Shown here: positions 1-12,324 of the stretch, piece after piece
Numbering within the stretch: the stretch's first letter is position 1
How the letters are laid out: each line of letters starts with the position of its first letter
Assembly (NCBI GenBank): GCA_963750165.1
Contig: CAVVPN010000011.1
Span: 1-64,000 of the forward strand
Direction: 5' to 3'
Length of the DNA stretch: 64,000 bases
Origin: an uncultured Gemmataceae bacterium
Lineage (GTDB): Bacteria > Planctomycetota > Planctomycetia > Gemmatales > Gemmataceae
Made by a program: the position numbers and the translations under genes
Notes under the pieces: model-generated
The model's database searches: none
The model's input: the letters and a program-made list of their open reading frames with translations, nothing else
Told to the model about the DNA's origin: nothing

Positions 1-34
1 GAGCTAGTGCTCTAGCCAGCTGAGCTAAGCGCCC
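1..34 (-). tRNA. 5' half of a tRNA cut by the window edge (Val-like; anticodon not visible)
   Basis: Reverse complement reads GGGCGCT-TA-GCTC-AGCTGGCTA-GAGC-A-CTAGC-TC: acceptor 5' strand, D-arm and 5' side of the anticodon stem. Confidence 0.85.
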
Positions 35-87
35 TTTCTTTCATTAGGTTAGGGCTCCGTCTCCCCACCGTCAAGGCCAACGGCTCG

Positions 88-170
88 GAGGGGGTGAAGG
101 GGTGAGGGGGTGAAACACAGGACCGCCGCTGTCTGTTACCCCTTCACCCCCTCACCCGTTCACCTTGTCA
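88..170. repeat. Inverted octamer tandem repeats (GGGGTGAA / TTCACCCC type)
   Basis: ggggtgaaggggtgagggggtgaa followed by ttaccccttcaccccctcacccgttcaccttgtca. Confidence 0.65.
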
Positions 171-248
171 CCGTCCGGCCGCCTTGGCTACCATACAGGG
201 GAGAAGGAATCGTTAGCGCCCCAGGTACGTCTAAAGTGGAGAAAACCC

Positions 249-1538
249 ATGCGCATCCTGTTCCTTGGTGTCGTGCTCGTGCTGGCCGGCGCCGCGCCGG
301 TTCGTGCCGGCGAACCCAAGCTGACGCCGTTGCAAGCGCTCGGCGACATCACCGGCGACGACGCCATCAACGCCCGGTACAGGGAGTTGGTGCGCCAGCC
401 CGCCGCCGCCAAGAAGCTCATCACCGAGGGACTGAAGGCCCTCGCCAAGAAGCAGCCGCTGGACTTCAACGGCGCTTACCTGCTGGCCCAGACCGCCGCC
501 AAGCTCAAGGACCGCAAGGCCGCCGAGGCCTTCTTCCGCGTCTGCACCGAGCAGGCCGTCAAACTCCAGAGCAAGAATAAAATCCTCGTCTCCTACGGCG
601 GCCTGATCGACCTGTTCTTCAACAACAAGAAGTACGCCGAGAGCGCCCGCGTCTGCCGCGAACTGCTCGAACTCAAGGTGGACGACGGTAAGCCACGCCA
701 CTACCTCATGGAGTTCAATGACCCGGTGAAGGGCGCGTACTTCGACGAGCTGGAGAAGTACGACCCGCTGGCGCCGCTGCGGCCGGGCGTCCATCGACTG
801 CTGATTCAGTCAGTCGCCAAGCAGGGCAAGATCGACCAGGCCCTGAAGATGGTGGACAACCTGGTGCGCGAGGACAACACGTGGGAGAACCTCGAACTCA
901 AGGGCATGGTGCTGCGCGAGGCCAACCGCGACGCCGAGGCCGCCAAGGTCTACGAGGAGGTGGTTGACCTGATCGGCAAGGACCAGACCCTGACGCCCAA
1001 GGGCCGCGATTTTTACGCCGACCGCTACCGCTACCTGCTCAGCGGCATCTACGTCGATGCGAACCAGATCGACAAGGCCGCGGACGTGCTCAAGGACCTG
1101 ATCAAGCGGCACCCTGACGAACCCGGCTACTACAACGACCTGGGCTACATCTGGGCGGATCGCGACGTGCACCTGGCCGAGTCGGAGCGAATGATCCGCA
1201 AGGCCCTGGAGCTGGACCGCGCCCGGCAGTTGAAGAAGAACCCCAATCTCAAGGACGACGAGATAAAGGGCAACGGCGCCTACCTGGACAGCCTGGGCTG
1301 GGTGCTGTTCAAGCTGAAGAAGTACAAGGAGGCGAAGGTCGAGTTGCTCAAGGCGGTCAAGGACGAGGACGCCCAGCACCTGGAGATTTACGACCACCTG
1401 GGCGACGTGTACCTGGCCCTGGGCGAGCGCGCGGCGGCGCGGAAGGCGTGGCAGCGCGGCCTGGCGGTGGCCAGCGACAGCCGGCGCGATCAGCAGCGCA
1501 AGGCCGAGGTTGAGAAGAAGCTCGAAAAGTTCAAGTAG
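249..1538 (+). CDS. Exported tetratricopeptide repeat protein
   Basis: Signal peptide MRILFLGVVLVLAGAAPVRA; TPR motifs YYNDLGYIWAD, AYLDSLGWVLFK and EIYDHLGDVY. Confidence 0.9.
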   Translation: MRILFLGVVLVLAGAAPVRAGEPKLTPLQALGDITGDDAINARYRELVRQPAAAKKLITEGLKALAKKQPLDFNGAYLLAQTAAKLKDRKAAEAFFRVCTEQAVKLQSKNKILVSYGGLIDLFFNNKKYAESARVCRELLELKVDDGKPRHYLMEFNDPVKGAYFDELEKYDPLAPLRPGVHRLLIQSVAKQGKIDQALKMVDNLVREDNTWENLELKGMVLREANRDAEAAKVYEEVVDLIGKDQTLTPKGRDFYADRYRYLLSGIYVDANQIDKAADVLKDLIKRHPDEPGYYNDLGYIWADRDVHLAESERMIRKALELDRARQLKKNPNLKDDEIKGNGAYLDSLGWVLFKLKKYKEAKVELLKAVKDEDAQHLEIYDHLGDVYLALGERAAARKAWQRGLAVASDSRRDQQRKAEVEKKLEKFK

Positions 1539-1647
1539 GCATCGGAGCGGTTCGCCGCGCCGTAGCATACGGGAGCGCCGGATTCGCCAACACTGGCGGC
1601 TCTGGCGGCCCGGGGTCGGGCGCGTGGTTTTGCAGGAAAGAACAGCA

Positions 1648-2907
1648 TCAGCGCCCGTACCACGCCACCAGCCGCGGCAGTTCGCCGCGCCGCGCCAGCG
1701 TCCGCTGGACGAAGCGCACGCGCCGCGTGGCGAACACCGCGTTGTAGCCGAAGTGGTCGTCCACCAGGTTCAGCGCCTGGGCGACCGCGGCCGCGCGCGG
1801 CTGCGTCGGGATTGCCCGTGTCAGCCACAGAGCCACCGGCAGCGTTAGCGCCAGCGCCTCGAAGCCGTCCCAGAACGGCAGCCCGAAGTGCGTCGAACCG
1901 CAGAATTGCAGCGATCCCACCTTGACCACGAGGTAGCGCTCCAGCACCTCCTCGGCCGCGGCGGACAGCGGCGCGGTGTTCGCCTCCACGTCGGCGAAGG
2001 TCACGGGCCCGAGCCGGGCGTTGATGCGCGGCACCGAACCGCGGCCCAGGGCGAACCGCCAGCCGGCGCGCAGCAGTGCCCAGCGGCTGTGCGTCGCGGC
2101 GCCGCGCTGTTCACCGCGGTCCTTGCGGCCATAGATCGCCAGCAGCTGGCGGAACAGCAGTCGGCCGACAGCGCCGGGCGGCGGCACTTCCGTGGGGTCG
2201 CGTGGCACCTCCGCATCCAGGCCGGCGCAGACCACGCTGAGGAAGTCTACCAGCCGGCCGCCGGTCACCTTGTCGAAACGCGCCTGCCGGCACAGTTCCA
2301 CGAGGGCCAGGCACTTCCGCAGCCGGCGTTCCACCCGGTCGCGGCGGTCGCGCAGAAGGGCGAGCAGCGGTGGCACGAACCGGAGCAGGTCCGGCCAGTC
2401 CAGCTGAAGACCGGCTTGCAGCGGTGGCGGCGGCTGCGTCCGGGCGTCGGTGTGCTCATATTCTTCGATGAGCCGGCCATGGCGGGTCAGTTCCTGTTCG
2501 TGATCGCTCAGGGGCCGGCCGCGGTCGTCGGCGGCGGAGGGGCAGGCGTAGCGCAGGCCGACGCGCCAGTGGTCGCCGGCCGGCACCAGTACGAACGGGA
2601 ACAGCCGGCACGCCAGCGGCTTGGCGTCGGCACCGAAGCGCTCGTGAATCCGGCAGCGGTTCTTTTCGGACAGGAACACGCAAGCGCCGTCCGGCCGTTG
2701 CTGCAAGACGTGGCCGCGCGCCCACCAACCGTGGCGGCGCACCACCAACGGCTGTCCGGCCAGCGCCGGTTCGCCGCCCCAGTCCTGGGCGCGGAGGCGC
2801 TGCCGTTCCTCGTCGTTGACCGGCACCTGGGTCTCGCGGCAGCAGTTGCTGCAACTGTGGCAGTCCCAGTGCTGCACGACAGGCAGATGGCGGACGGGCA
2901 TTGACAT
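1648..2907 (-). CDS. YkgJ/FliB-like cysteine-cluster protein
   Basis: CHSCSNCC, ACVFL, CRIH, KPLACRLFPF and ACP motifs. Confidence 0.85.
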   Translation of the reverse strand: MSMPVRHLPVVQHWDCHSCSNCCRETQVPVNDEERQRLRAQDWGGEPALAGQPLVVRRHGWWARGHVLQQRPDGACVFLSEKNRCRIHERFGADAKPLACRLFPFVLVPAGDHWRVGLRYACPSAADDRGRPLSDHEQELTRHGRLIEEYEHTDARTQPPPPLQAGLQLDWPDLLRFVPPLLALLRDRRDRVERRLRKCLALVELCRQARFDKVTGGRLVDFLSVVCAGLDAEVPRDPTEVPPPGAVGRLLFRQLLAIYGRKDRGEQRGAATHSRWALLRAGWRFALGRGSVPRINARLGPVTFADVEANTAPLSAAAEEVLERYLVVKVGSLQFCGSTHFGLPFWDGFEALALTLPVALWLTRAIPTQPRAAAVAQALNLVDDHFGYNAVFATRRVRFVQRTLARRGELPRLVAWYGR

Positions 2908-2920
2908 GGTGGATCTCGCT

Positions 2921-2981
2921 TCCGTGGTGCAGGCGGCCCGCCTGCGGAACTGGAATGCAGGCGGGCCGCCTGCACCACGGA
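2921..2981. repeat. REP-like palindrome with perfect 25-bp arms
   Basis: tccgtggtgcaggcggcccgcctgc ... gcaggcgggccgcctgcaccacgga. Confidence 0.85.
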
Positions 2982-2989
2982 TATTCTAC

Positions 2990-4207
2990 TCACGCCGCCT
3001 GCCGATCAGAGGGTTCGTCCGACCGCACGGCCGGCGCCAGCCGTTCGCCGCACAGCCAGGCGCGCAACCGCACCGCCGCGCACAGCGCCAGGAACGCCAG
3101 GATGGTCGCCAGAGCCACGGGAAACATCGCCGGCAAGCCGCCCCAGTCCATGCAGTCCATCGCGTAGCCCATCACCACCGGCCCCACCAGGCAGCCGACG
3201 CACTCGATCGCCAGATACCAGGCGTTGGCCCGATCCAGCAGCGCCTCGGGCACGCGCTCGCCCAGCAGCGCCAGGCCCAGCGGATAGAACGCTCCGGAGC
3301 AGGCCCCCACCAGCAGCAGCCAGACCACCAGCCACGCCGACGGCGGACACAACGGCAGCGCCACCAGAGCGACCACCACCACCGCGTAACAGCCCAGCAG
3401 CACCGCCGACCGGCCGAAGCGATCCGCCAGAAAGGCCACCGGAATCTGGAACGCCAGCACGCCGATCATGGTGGCGCTCGTCAGCCAGCCGACCTGATCG
3501 TCCGACAGGCCCTGCGACAGCAGGTACAGCGACAGGAATGCGATCATGCCGCCTTCGAGAAAGCCCTGGTTCCACGCCGAGCCGAAGCTGAGCAGGTGCT
3601 TGCCGAGTGGCAACGGTTCGCGGCTGATCGCGGCGGGCGGCACCTCACGCGGCCGCGGCAGCCAGCCCCAGATGGCGACACCCGACAGCGCCGCCGAGGC
3701 GCCGCCGACAGTGAACGCCAGGTACGCCGCGTCGTGGTACAGGTGCAGGCCGAGCCAGTTGCCCAGCGCCCAGCCGAGCGTGATCGCCACCGCGTAGTAA
3801 GCGAAGTGACGCGCCCGCAACTCGGGCGGCGAGTCACGGTTGACGTAGGTTTCCAGCGGGATCAGGCTCATGGCGCCCGCGACACCGTTGAGCAACCGGG
3901 CGCCGAACCACCACGCCAGGCCGCCGCCCAGGGGGAACGCGGCCACGCTCAGGCCACTGAGCAGCATGCCGACGGCGGTGCAGTTCTTGCCACAGCGGCG
4001 CATGAGCCACGGCACGCCCAGCGCCGCCAGGGCCATGCCGGTGTAGTAGATTCCCGTGTTCCAGCCGATGACGTTCTTGGCACAGCCGGCCGCGTTGAGC
4101 CACAGCGACGCCAGTGGCGCCCCCAGGCCGAAGCTGAACGCCCAGCCGGCGCTGGTCGCGCAAATGAGCGCGAGCGTCCGGCGGGACGTGTGGATGGTCT
4201 GAACCAT
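2990..4207 (-). CDS. MFS transporter
   Basis: About 12 hydrophobic segments; MFS loop motif AFLADRFGRS; start taken at MVQTIHTSRR. Confidence 0.9.
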   Translation of the reverse strand: MVQTIHTSRRTLALICATSAGWAFSFGLGAPLASLWLNAAGCAKNVIGWNTGIYYTGMALAALGVPWLMRRCGKNCTAVGMLLSGLSVAAFPLGGGLAWWFGARLLNGVAGAMSLIPLETYVNRDSPPELRARHFAYYAVAITLGWALGNWLGLHLYHDAAYLAFTVGGASAALSGVAIWGWLPRPREVPPAAISREPLPLGKHLLSFGSAWNQGFLEGGMIAFLSLYLLSQGLSDDQVGWLTSATMIGVLAFQIPVAFLADRFGRSAVLLGCYAVVVVALVALPLCPPSAWLVVWLLLVGACSGAFYPLGLALLGERVPEALLDRANAWYLAIECVGCLVGPVVMGYAMDCMDWGGLPAMFPVALATILAFLALCAAVRLRAWLCGERLAPAVRSDEPSDRQAA

Positions 4208-4269
4208 CGCGCTACCCCCTCGCATTGTGCAGGCATTGGGTCGGGGGATATAGCGGAGGGCGCGCGTTG

Positions 4270-4429
4270 TGTCCAGAGGAGAAATGGCGGTGGCATGTTT
4301 GGGTCGCACACGCTGGCTCTGGGGCAACCGCTTCCCACGTTGCCGTTGTGGTTGACCGAAGACCGCGGCGTCCCGCTCCACCTCGAACAGAGCTACGAAC
4401 GGGCCTGCAACGACCTGTGGATTGCCTGA
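4270..4429 (+). pseudogene. C-terminal remnant of a DUF4058-like protein
   Basis: HTLALGQPLPTLPLWLTEDRGVPLHLEQSYERACNDLWI resembles DUF4058 C-termini; no N-terminal part present. Confidence 0.6.
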
Positions 4430-4572
4430 ATCCGGCAACCTGAAATTCTGACCATTTTGCGCGAGACAAACGCCCCCGGCCGGGGTATAAATAAGAAAGT
4501 TTAGTGCCTGCCTGCTCTCCCCACCCTCCCGTGATCGGCCGCCGCTGCGGCCCCTGCCCGGAGTTTGTGTAC

Positions 4573-6471
<1,899 letters not shown>

Positions 6472-6473
6472 AC

Positions 6474-6505
6474 TCGTGGGGCAGGCTGGAAAGCCTGCCC
6501 CACGA
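6474..6505. repeat. REP-like hairpin (GTGG-type)
   Basis: tcgtggggcaggct-ggaa-agcctgccccacga. Confidence 0.8.
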
Positions 6506-6581
6506 AGAATTCGCCCGAAACCTTGCCTCCCTGGCGGTGTTGAAGGGTCAACACCCGATTGTGCTGTAACCGAGGATCCCC

Positions 6582-7937
6582 ATGACGAAGAACCTGCTCC
6601 TGGACCGACGGACACTGCTGAAGGGCCTGGGCGTGAGCATCGCCCTGCCGGCCCTGGAAGCGATGGCGCCCTCCCTCCTCCGCGCGAGCACCACCGCCGC
6701 GACGGCCACCCCGCCGCGCCGCCTGGCGTTCGTCTACGTCCCCAACGGCGTCAACATGCAGACCTGGACGCCGACTACCCTCGGCAGCAATTTCGCGCTG
6801 ACTCCCACTCTCGAACCGCTGGCCCCGTACCGCGATTACCTGACGGTCATGAGCGGCCTGACCTGCGACAAGGCGCGAGCCAACGGCGACGGCCCCGGCG
6901 ACCACGCCCGCGCCATGTCCGCGTTTCTCACCGGCAGCCAGCCGCGCAAGACCGCCGGCGCTGACATCCGCGTCGGCATCTCCGTCGATCAGGTGGTGGC
7001 GCAGCGCCGCGGTAGCGAAACCCGCTTCCCATCGCTGGAGGTCGGCTGCGATGGCGGTCGCCAGGCCGGCAACTGCGACTCCGGCTACAGCTGCGCTTAC
7101 TCCTCGAACCTGTCGTGGCGTTCCCAATCGACGCCGGTGCCCAAGGAAGTCAACCCGCGGGCCGTCTTTGACCGCCTGTTCGCCGGCCCGGTCGCCGGTG
7201 AGGCCGAGCAGGCCCGCCTGCGCCGCGAGCGCTACAACCAGAGCATTCTCGACTTCGTGAACGAGGACGCCAACCAGCTCATGGGCCGGCTCGGCACCAA
7301 CGACCAGCGGCGCATGGACGAGTACCTGACCTCGCTGCGCGAGGTCGAGCGGCGCATCACGGCCTCCACCGCCGGCCAGAGCACCATCCGCCCCGGCACA
7401 CCGCGGCCGACCGGCGTGCCGCGCGACTTCGGCATGCACGCCCGGCTGCTCGGCGATCTGCTGGCGTTGGCCTTCCAGGCGGACCTGACGCGCGTGGCCA
7501 CCTTCGTGATCGCCAACGAGGGCAGCAACCGCAACTACCGCCTCATCGACATTCCGGACGGCCATCACGACCTGTCGCACCACCAGAACAACGCCGGCAA
7601 GCTGGACAAGATTCACCGCATCAACCGCTTCCACATGCAGCAGTTTGCGCACCTGCTGAGCAAGCTGCACCAGGTGCGCGAGGCCGACGGCAGCCGGCTG
7701 CTGGACAACGTCATGATCGTCTACGGCAGCGGCAACGGCGACGGCAACCGTCACAACCATGACGAGCTGCCGATCCTTCTGGTCGGCAAGGGCGGCGGCA
7801 GCGTCACGGCTGCCCGGCACATCCGCTACCCGCGCAACACCCCCATCTGCAACCTGTACATGTCACTGCTGGAGCGCATGGGCTGCCCGGTGGAGCGCTT
7901 CGGCGACAGCACTGGCCGGCTGCCCGGGTTGACTTGA
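6582..7937 (+). CDS. DUF1552 (HXXSHH) family protein
   Basis: Tat-like DRRTLLKG; RLAFVYVPNG; HHDLSHH; follows the DUF1592 gene as is typical. Confidence 0.92.
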   Translation: MTKNLLLDRRTLLKGLGVSIALPALEAMAPSLLRASTTAATATPPRRLAFVYVPNGVNMQTWTPTTLGSNFALTPTLEPLAPYRDYLTVMSGLTCDKARANGDGPGDHARAMSAFLTGSQPRKTAGADIRVGISVDQVVAQRRGSETRFPSLEVGCDGGRQAGNCDSGYSCAYSSNLSWRSQSTPVPKEVNPRAVFDRLFAGPVAGEAEQARLRRERYNQSILDFVNEDANQLMGRLGTNDQRRMDEYLTSLREVERRITASTAGQSTIRPGTPRPTGVPRDFGMHARLLGDLLALAFQADLTRVATFVIANEGSNRNYRLIDIPDGHHDLSHHQNNAGKLDKIHRINRFHMQQFAHLLSKLHQVREADGSRLLDNVMIVYGSGNGDGNRHNHDELPILLVGKGGGSVTAARHIRYPRNTPICNLYMSLLERMGCPVERFGDSTGRLPGLT

Positions 7938-7967
7938 GCCAGGCCGCGACCGATTCCCGACCAATGC

Positions 7968-8006
7968 GGAGCGCTCCCGGGGTGCCTGGGAGCGCTCCTT
8001 TCGTTT
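7968..8006 (+). terminator. Putative intrinsic terminator
   Basis: ggagcgctccc...gggagcgctcc hairpin followed by tttcgttt. Confidence 0.55.
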
Positions 8007-8182
8007 GAATGAGCCACTCGGACAAGAACCGCTTGCGGCAAGCGAACCCGTGCGTTAATCTAGGGGAGTCACCAGGACTTTGCGGTTATGGAGGGCCGCA
8101 CTTTTCCCCACGTCCGCAGCCCAACTCCGGGCCGTCGCGGACGGTCGCATCACTACCCTTCCAACGTGAGGCACAGGACACC

Positions 8183-10975
8183 ATGAAACAATTTGCGTGG
8201 GTCGCCCTCGCCGCGGCGCTATTGCTGGCCGGCTGGATGGACAGTCCGTTCCGCGGCCAGGCGCAGCCGAGCCAAACGACCAGTTCCGCCAAGACCACGG
8301 CCAAGGACGACGGCACTCCGAAACTGCCGGACTTCGACAAGCTCGTCAAGGGGGCCAAGGAGCACGACGGCCTCTTCAAACTCTACGAGAAAGGCGAGAA
8401 CGTCTACGCCGAGATCAAGCAGAGTCAGTTCAATCGGCCGCTGCTGGCACCCATCGCCATCGCTCGCGGCAGCGGCCTGGGCGGCTACACCCTCAACTTC
8501 GACGAGCAATGGGTGCTCGTCTTCAAGAAGGTCAGCGACACCAAACTGCACCTGATCCGCCGCAACGTCCACTTCAAGGCCGCCGCCGGCTCACCGGTCG
8601 CCAGGGCCGTTGAAACGACCTACACCGATTCCGTGCTGATGGCCATCCCCATCAAGAGCGTCAACCACAGCCGGCAGTCGGTCCTGATCGATCTGGGCGA
8701 CATTTTCATGACCGACTTCGCCGACCTGGGCTTTGGCAGCTTCGACCGCAGCCGCAGCACCTGGGGCAAGATCAAGGCGTTCCCGCGCAACATCGAGGTG
8801 CAGGTACAGGCAACGTTCAGCGGCGGCCGTTACTTCTTCTGGGGGGACGACAGCAACATCGATTCGCGCGGCCGAACCATTGTGATGCACTACGGCCTGG
8901 TCGAGCTGCCCGAGAGCGGCTACACGCCGCGCCTGGCGGACGACCGCGTTGGCTACTTCCTGAGCGTCACGAAGGATTTTTCCAGCGACAGCAAGGACAC
9001 CAACTTCCTGCGCTACGTCAACCGCTGGCGGCTGGAGCGGGCCGACACCGACCCCAAGCACAAGAACAAGCTGAGCGTGCCGAAGAAGAAGATCATCTTC
9101 TGGATCGAGAACTCGGTGCCGTTCGAGTACCGCGCCTACGTCCGCGAAGGCATTCTGGAGTGGAACAAGGCGTTCGAGAAGATCGGCTTCCGCGACGCCA
9201 TCGAGGTGCGGCAGCAGGAGGGCGAGGAGTTTGACCCGGAGGACATGAACTACAACACCTTCCGCTGGATCACGACCGGCGGCGCTTTCGCGATGGGCCC
9301 GTCGCGGGCCAACCCGTTCACCGGCGAGTTGCTCGACGCCGACATCATCTTCGACGCCGACATGGTGCGCTTCTGGAAGCTGGAAGCGAAGCTGATGGGC
9401 GCCGGCACCACGTCATTCATGGACCACCCGAGCCCGATCATGGCGATCAAGCAGGGCCACGGCCTGATGCCGCCGCCGGGCAAGGGCGGCAACGCCCTCA
9501 GCTGGGACAAGCGCGACCAGCACCACGAACCCGGCGTGCCGCCGCATGACCCACGGATGAAGCTGTGGGCGATCCAGCACGGCATCTGCCAGTGCGCGGC
9601 GCGGATGAAGTACGAACTGGGGCTGGCGGCCATGACGCTGGCGGCGCGCGGCCAGGTCAAGGGCAACGATGGCGTCCCGGAGGAGTTGATCGGCCAGGCC
9701 ATCAAGTCGGTGGTGATGCACGAGGTCGGCCACACGCTGGGGCTGCGGCACAACTTCAAGGCCAGCACGATGCTCAAGAACGAGCAACTGCACGACAAAA
9801 CCATCACGTCCAAGCTGGGCCTGTCCGGTTCGGTGATGGACTATTTGCCGGCGAACCTGGCGCCCAAGGGCACCAAGCAGGGCGACTATTTCACGACGAC
9901 GATTGGGCCGTATGACTACTGGGCGATTGAGTACGCCTACAAGCCGCTGTCGGGCGGCACCGAGGGCGAGTACGCCAGGTTGCAGGAGATCGCCAACAAG
10001 GGGGCGCTGCCGGGCCACGACTACGGCACCGACGAGGACCTGTTCGCCAGTGCCGACCCGCACATCAACGCCTTCGACCTCGGCTCCGACCCGATGAAGT
10101 ACGGCATGGACCGCATGCGTCTGGCCGAGGAGCTGCTGAAAACGCTGTCCGACAAGACGGTGGAGAAGGGCGAGGGTTATCAGCGAACGCGGATGGCGTT
10201 CATGATGCTGCTGGGCGAGTACGCCAACGGGGCGTACCTGCTGTCGCAGTTCGTGGGCGGCGAGCACATCCACCGCGACCACCGTGGCGACCCCAAGGGC
10301 CGCGACCCCTTCCTGCCGGTCAAGGCGGACAGGCAGCGCAAGGCGCTGGCGTTCCTGCAGGAGCACATCCTGAGCGAAAAGTATTTCAAGTTCTCGCCGC
10401 AGTTGCTGCGGCGGCTGGCGGCGGATCGCTGGATGCACTGGGGCAACCAGGGCACGTTCTACTCGGTGGACGTGCCGGTGAACCAGTACGTGCTGTCGAT
10501 CCAGCGCGTCGTGCTGCGGAACCTGCTGGACGCGGGCACGCTGACGCGCATCCAGAACAACGCCCTGAAGGTGGACAACGGCGAAAAGCCGCTGACGCAG
10601 GCGGAGGTGTTCCGCACACTGACGGAGGGCATCTGGAGTGAGTACCCGGTCAAGGGCGTGGCCGAGGGCAAGGCCGGCGAGTCGTCGGTGATCCGTCGCA
10701 ATTTGCAGCGGCAGCACGTCAAGGACCTGTCGAACATCGTGCTGGGTCAGCGCAGCAGCGGCTTCCTGTTCTACTTCGGCCCGAGTGTGCCGATGCCACC
10801 GGACGCGCGCAGCCTGGCACGGCACCACCTGAAGGAGCTCCAGCAGCGCATCGACCACGCGCTGAAGGACAAGGGCATGGCCGCGGATGACCTGATCACA
10901 ACGCGGGCGCACCTGGAGGAGTGCCGCGAGCGCATCGGGCGCGTGTTGACCGCGTCGTTGCAGGTGAACGATTGA
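8183..10975 (+). CDS. Exported zinc metalloprotease (DUF5117/DUF5118/EcxA-type metzincin)
   Basis: Signal peptide; PRLADDRVGYF; HEVGHTLGLRHN zinc motif; SVMDY Met-turn. Confidence 0.92.
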   Translation: MKQFAWVALAAALLLAGWMDSPFRGQAQPSQTTSSAKTTAKDDGTPKLPDFDKLVKGAKEHDGLFKLYEKGENVYAEIKQSQFNRPLLAPIAIARGSGLGGYTLNFDEQWVLVFKKVSDTKLHLIRRNVHFKAAAGSPVARAVETTYTDSVLMAIPIKSVNHSRQSVLIDLGDIFMTDFADLGFGSFDRSRSTWGKIKAFPRNIEVQVQATFSGGRYFFWGDDSNIDSRGRTIVMHYGLVELPESGYTPRLADDRVGYFLSVTKDFSSDSKDTNFLRYVNRWRLERADTDPKHKNKLSVPKKKIIFWIENSVPFEYRAYVREGILEWNKAFEKIGFRDAIEVRQQEGEEFDPEDMNYNTFRWITTGGAFAMGPSRANPFTGELLDADIIFDADMVRFWKLEAKLMGAGTTSFMDHPSPIMAIKQGHGLMPPPGKGGNALSWDKRDQHHEPGVPPHDPRMKLWAIQHGICQCAARMKYELGLAAMTLAARGQVKGNDGVPEELIGQAIKSVVMHEVGHTLGLRHNFKASTMLKNEQLHDKTITSKLGLSGSVMDYLPANLAPKGTKQGDYFTTTIGPYDYWAIEYAYKPLSGGTEGEYARLQEIANKGALPGHDYGTDEDLFASADPHINAFDLGSDPMKYGMDRMRLAEELLKTLSDKTVEKGEGYQRTRMAFMMLLGEYANGAYLLSQFVGGEHIHRDHRGDPKGRDPFLPVKADRQRKALAFLQEHILSEKYFKFSPQLLRRLAADRWMHWGNQGTFYSVDVPVNQYVLSIQRVVLRNLLDAGTLTRIQNNALKVDNGEKPLTQAEVFRTLTEGIWSEYPVKGVAEGKAGESSVIRRNLQRQHVKDLSNIVLGQRSSGFLFYFGPSVPMPPDARSLARHHLKELQQRIDHALKDKGMAADDLITTRAHLEECRERIGRVLTASLQVND

Positions 10976-10985
10976 CATCGGCGTC

Positions 10986-11088
10986 AATAGTCATTAGTCC
11001 TTAGTCATTAGTGAACAGGGTTGAAGCGTCTGGCGTTTCTCCCAGCGCTTCAACCCTGTTCACTAATGACTAAGGACCAATGACTATT
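10986..11088. repeat. 43-bp inverted repeat built from TAGTCAT-type heptamers
   Basis: Arms 10986-11028 and 11046-11088 with one mismatch. Confidence 0.85.
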
Positions 11089-11101
11089 TAGGAGGACAGC
11101 G

Positions 11102-11404
11102 ATGTACGACATGAAGAACCTGACGAAGCTCAAGAAGCTGGGCGAGCTGGCCCCGGACGCCTGGAAGGGGTTCGTGGCGTTCGACGAGGCGGCGTTCAAG
11201 GACGGAGCGATTCCGCTCAAGTACAAGGAACTGATGGCGGTCGCGGTGGCGCTGACGACGCAGTGCCCGTACTGCATCGAGATTCACGCCAAGAAGGCGA
11301 AGAAGGCGGGCGCGACCGAACAGGAGCTGGCGGAGACGACGCTGATCGCGGCGGCGCTGCGGGCCGGCGGCGCGGTGACGCACGGCACCCACACGCTGGA
11401 ATAG
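11102..11404 (+). CDS. Carboxymuconolactone decarboxylase / AhpD-like protein
   Basis: KYKELMAVAVALTTQCPYCIEIH; RBS ggagg upstream. Confidence 0.92.
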   Translation: MYDMKNLTKLKKLGELAPDAWKGFVAFDEAAFKDGAIPLKYKELMAVAVALTTQCPYCIEIHAKKAKKAGATEQELAETTLIAAALRAGGAVTHGTHTLE

Positions 11405-11422
11405 GACTTCCTTGTAACAACG

Positions 11423-12186
11423 ATGGCCAAGAAAAAACCCGACCCGCAGGCCGTGGCGCTGGAAGCGCTGGCGCAGTGCTGGCCGACCCGACGCCGCGGC
11501 CGCTGCTCGGCACCGCGAAGGTGCCCGGCTACTTCAAGGGCTCAACACAGCCGGTCAAGGAGGCGGCTCTGCTGTGCCGGGACCGCGGCTGGCTGCTCGG
11601 GACTGGCGCGTTCAGCGGCAAGGGCAAGTCCAAAAAGGAACTGTACCGCCTGACCGCGGCGGGTGTGCGGGCCGCCCTGGAGCAGAGCCCGACGCTGCAT
11701 CTCGTGCAGGGCGTCGCCGCCGCTGTGACCCGGCAGGTCCAGACCCTGACCGACCAGCAGCAGGCACTGACCCAATTGCGCGCCGAGGTCGGCCCCTTGC
11801 AGGAAGCGGTCGCCGCCCTGGCGCGGCGCGTCGAGCCGCCGTCGTTGGAGGAGATCGCCCGCCGCCTGACATCCCCCCCGGCCCCGGCACCCGTCGCACC
11901 GCCCATGGATCCGTCCGCCTGGCTGGAGCGGATCGTCGCCCTGGCGGAGCAGCAGCGGACGAGCGACCGGCACCTGCCGCTGAGCTTGCCCGAGGTGTAT
12001 GAGCAGCTGCGGCCGCTCCGCCCCGGCCTGACGCTGGGCCAGTTCCACGACGGCCTGCGCACACTGCGCGAGCAGGGCCGCATTCGCCTGCTGCCATTCA
12101 CCCGCGCCTACGCCACCATCCCCGACCTGCGCAACGCCCTGTTCCTCGATGGCGAGGTGATGTTTTATGTTGAGACTGCGACGTGA
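11423..12186 (+). CDS. Hypothetical protein (wHTH-like/coiled coil/wHTH-like), frameshift near 11477
   Basis: MAKKKPDPQAVALEALAQ joins VLADPTPRPLLG if one G is added (cag-gtg). Confidence 0.7.
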
Positions 12187-12324
12187 ATTGATAGTGTAAG
12201 TCATTTCTGAATTTTTGTTTGCGACTTCGCAGCTCGACGGGACTGGTTTTTTTATTGGTGTCGGCCGCCGCGGCGAGTCTAATACGGCCATCGCCGGAAC
12301 CACAACCTTTGAGGAGAACGAACG

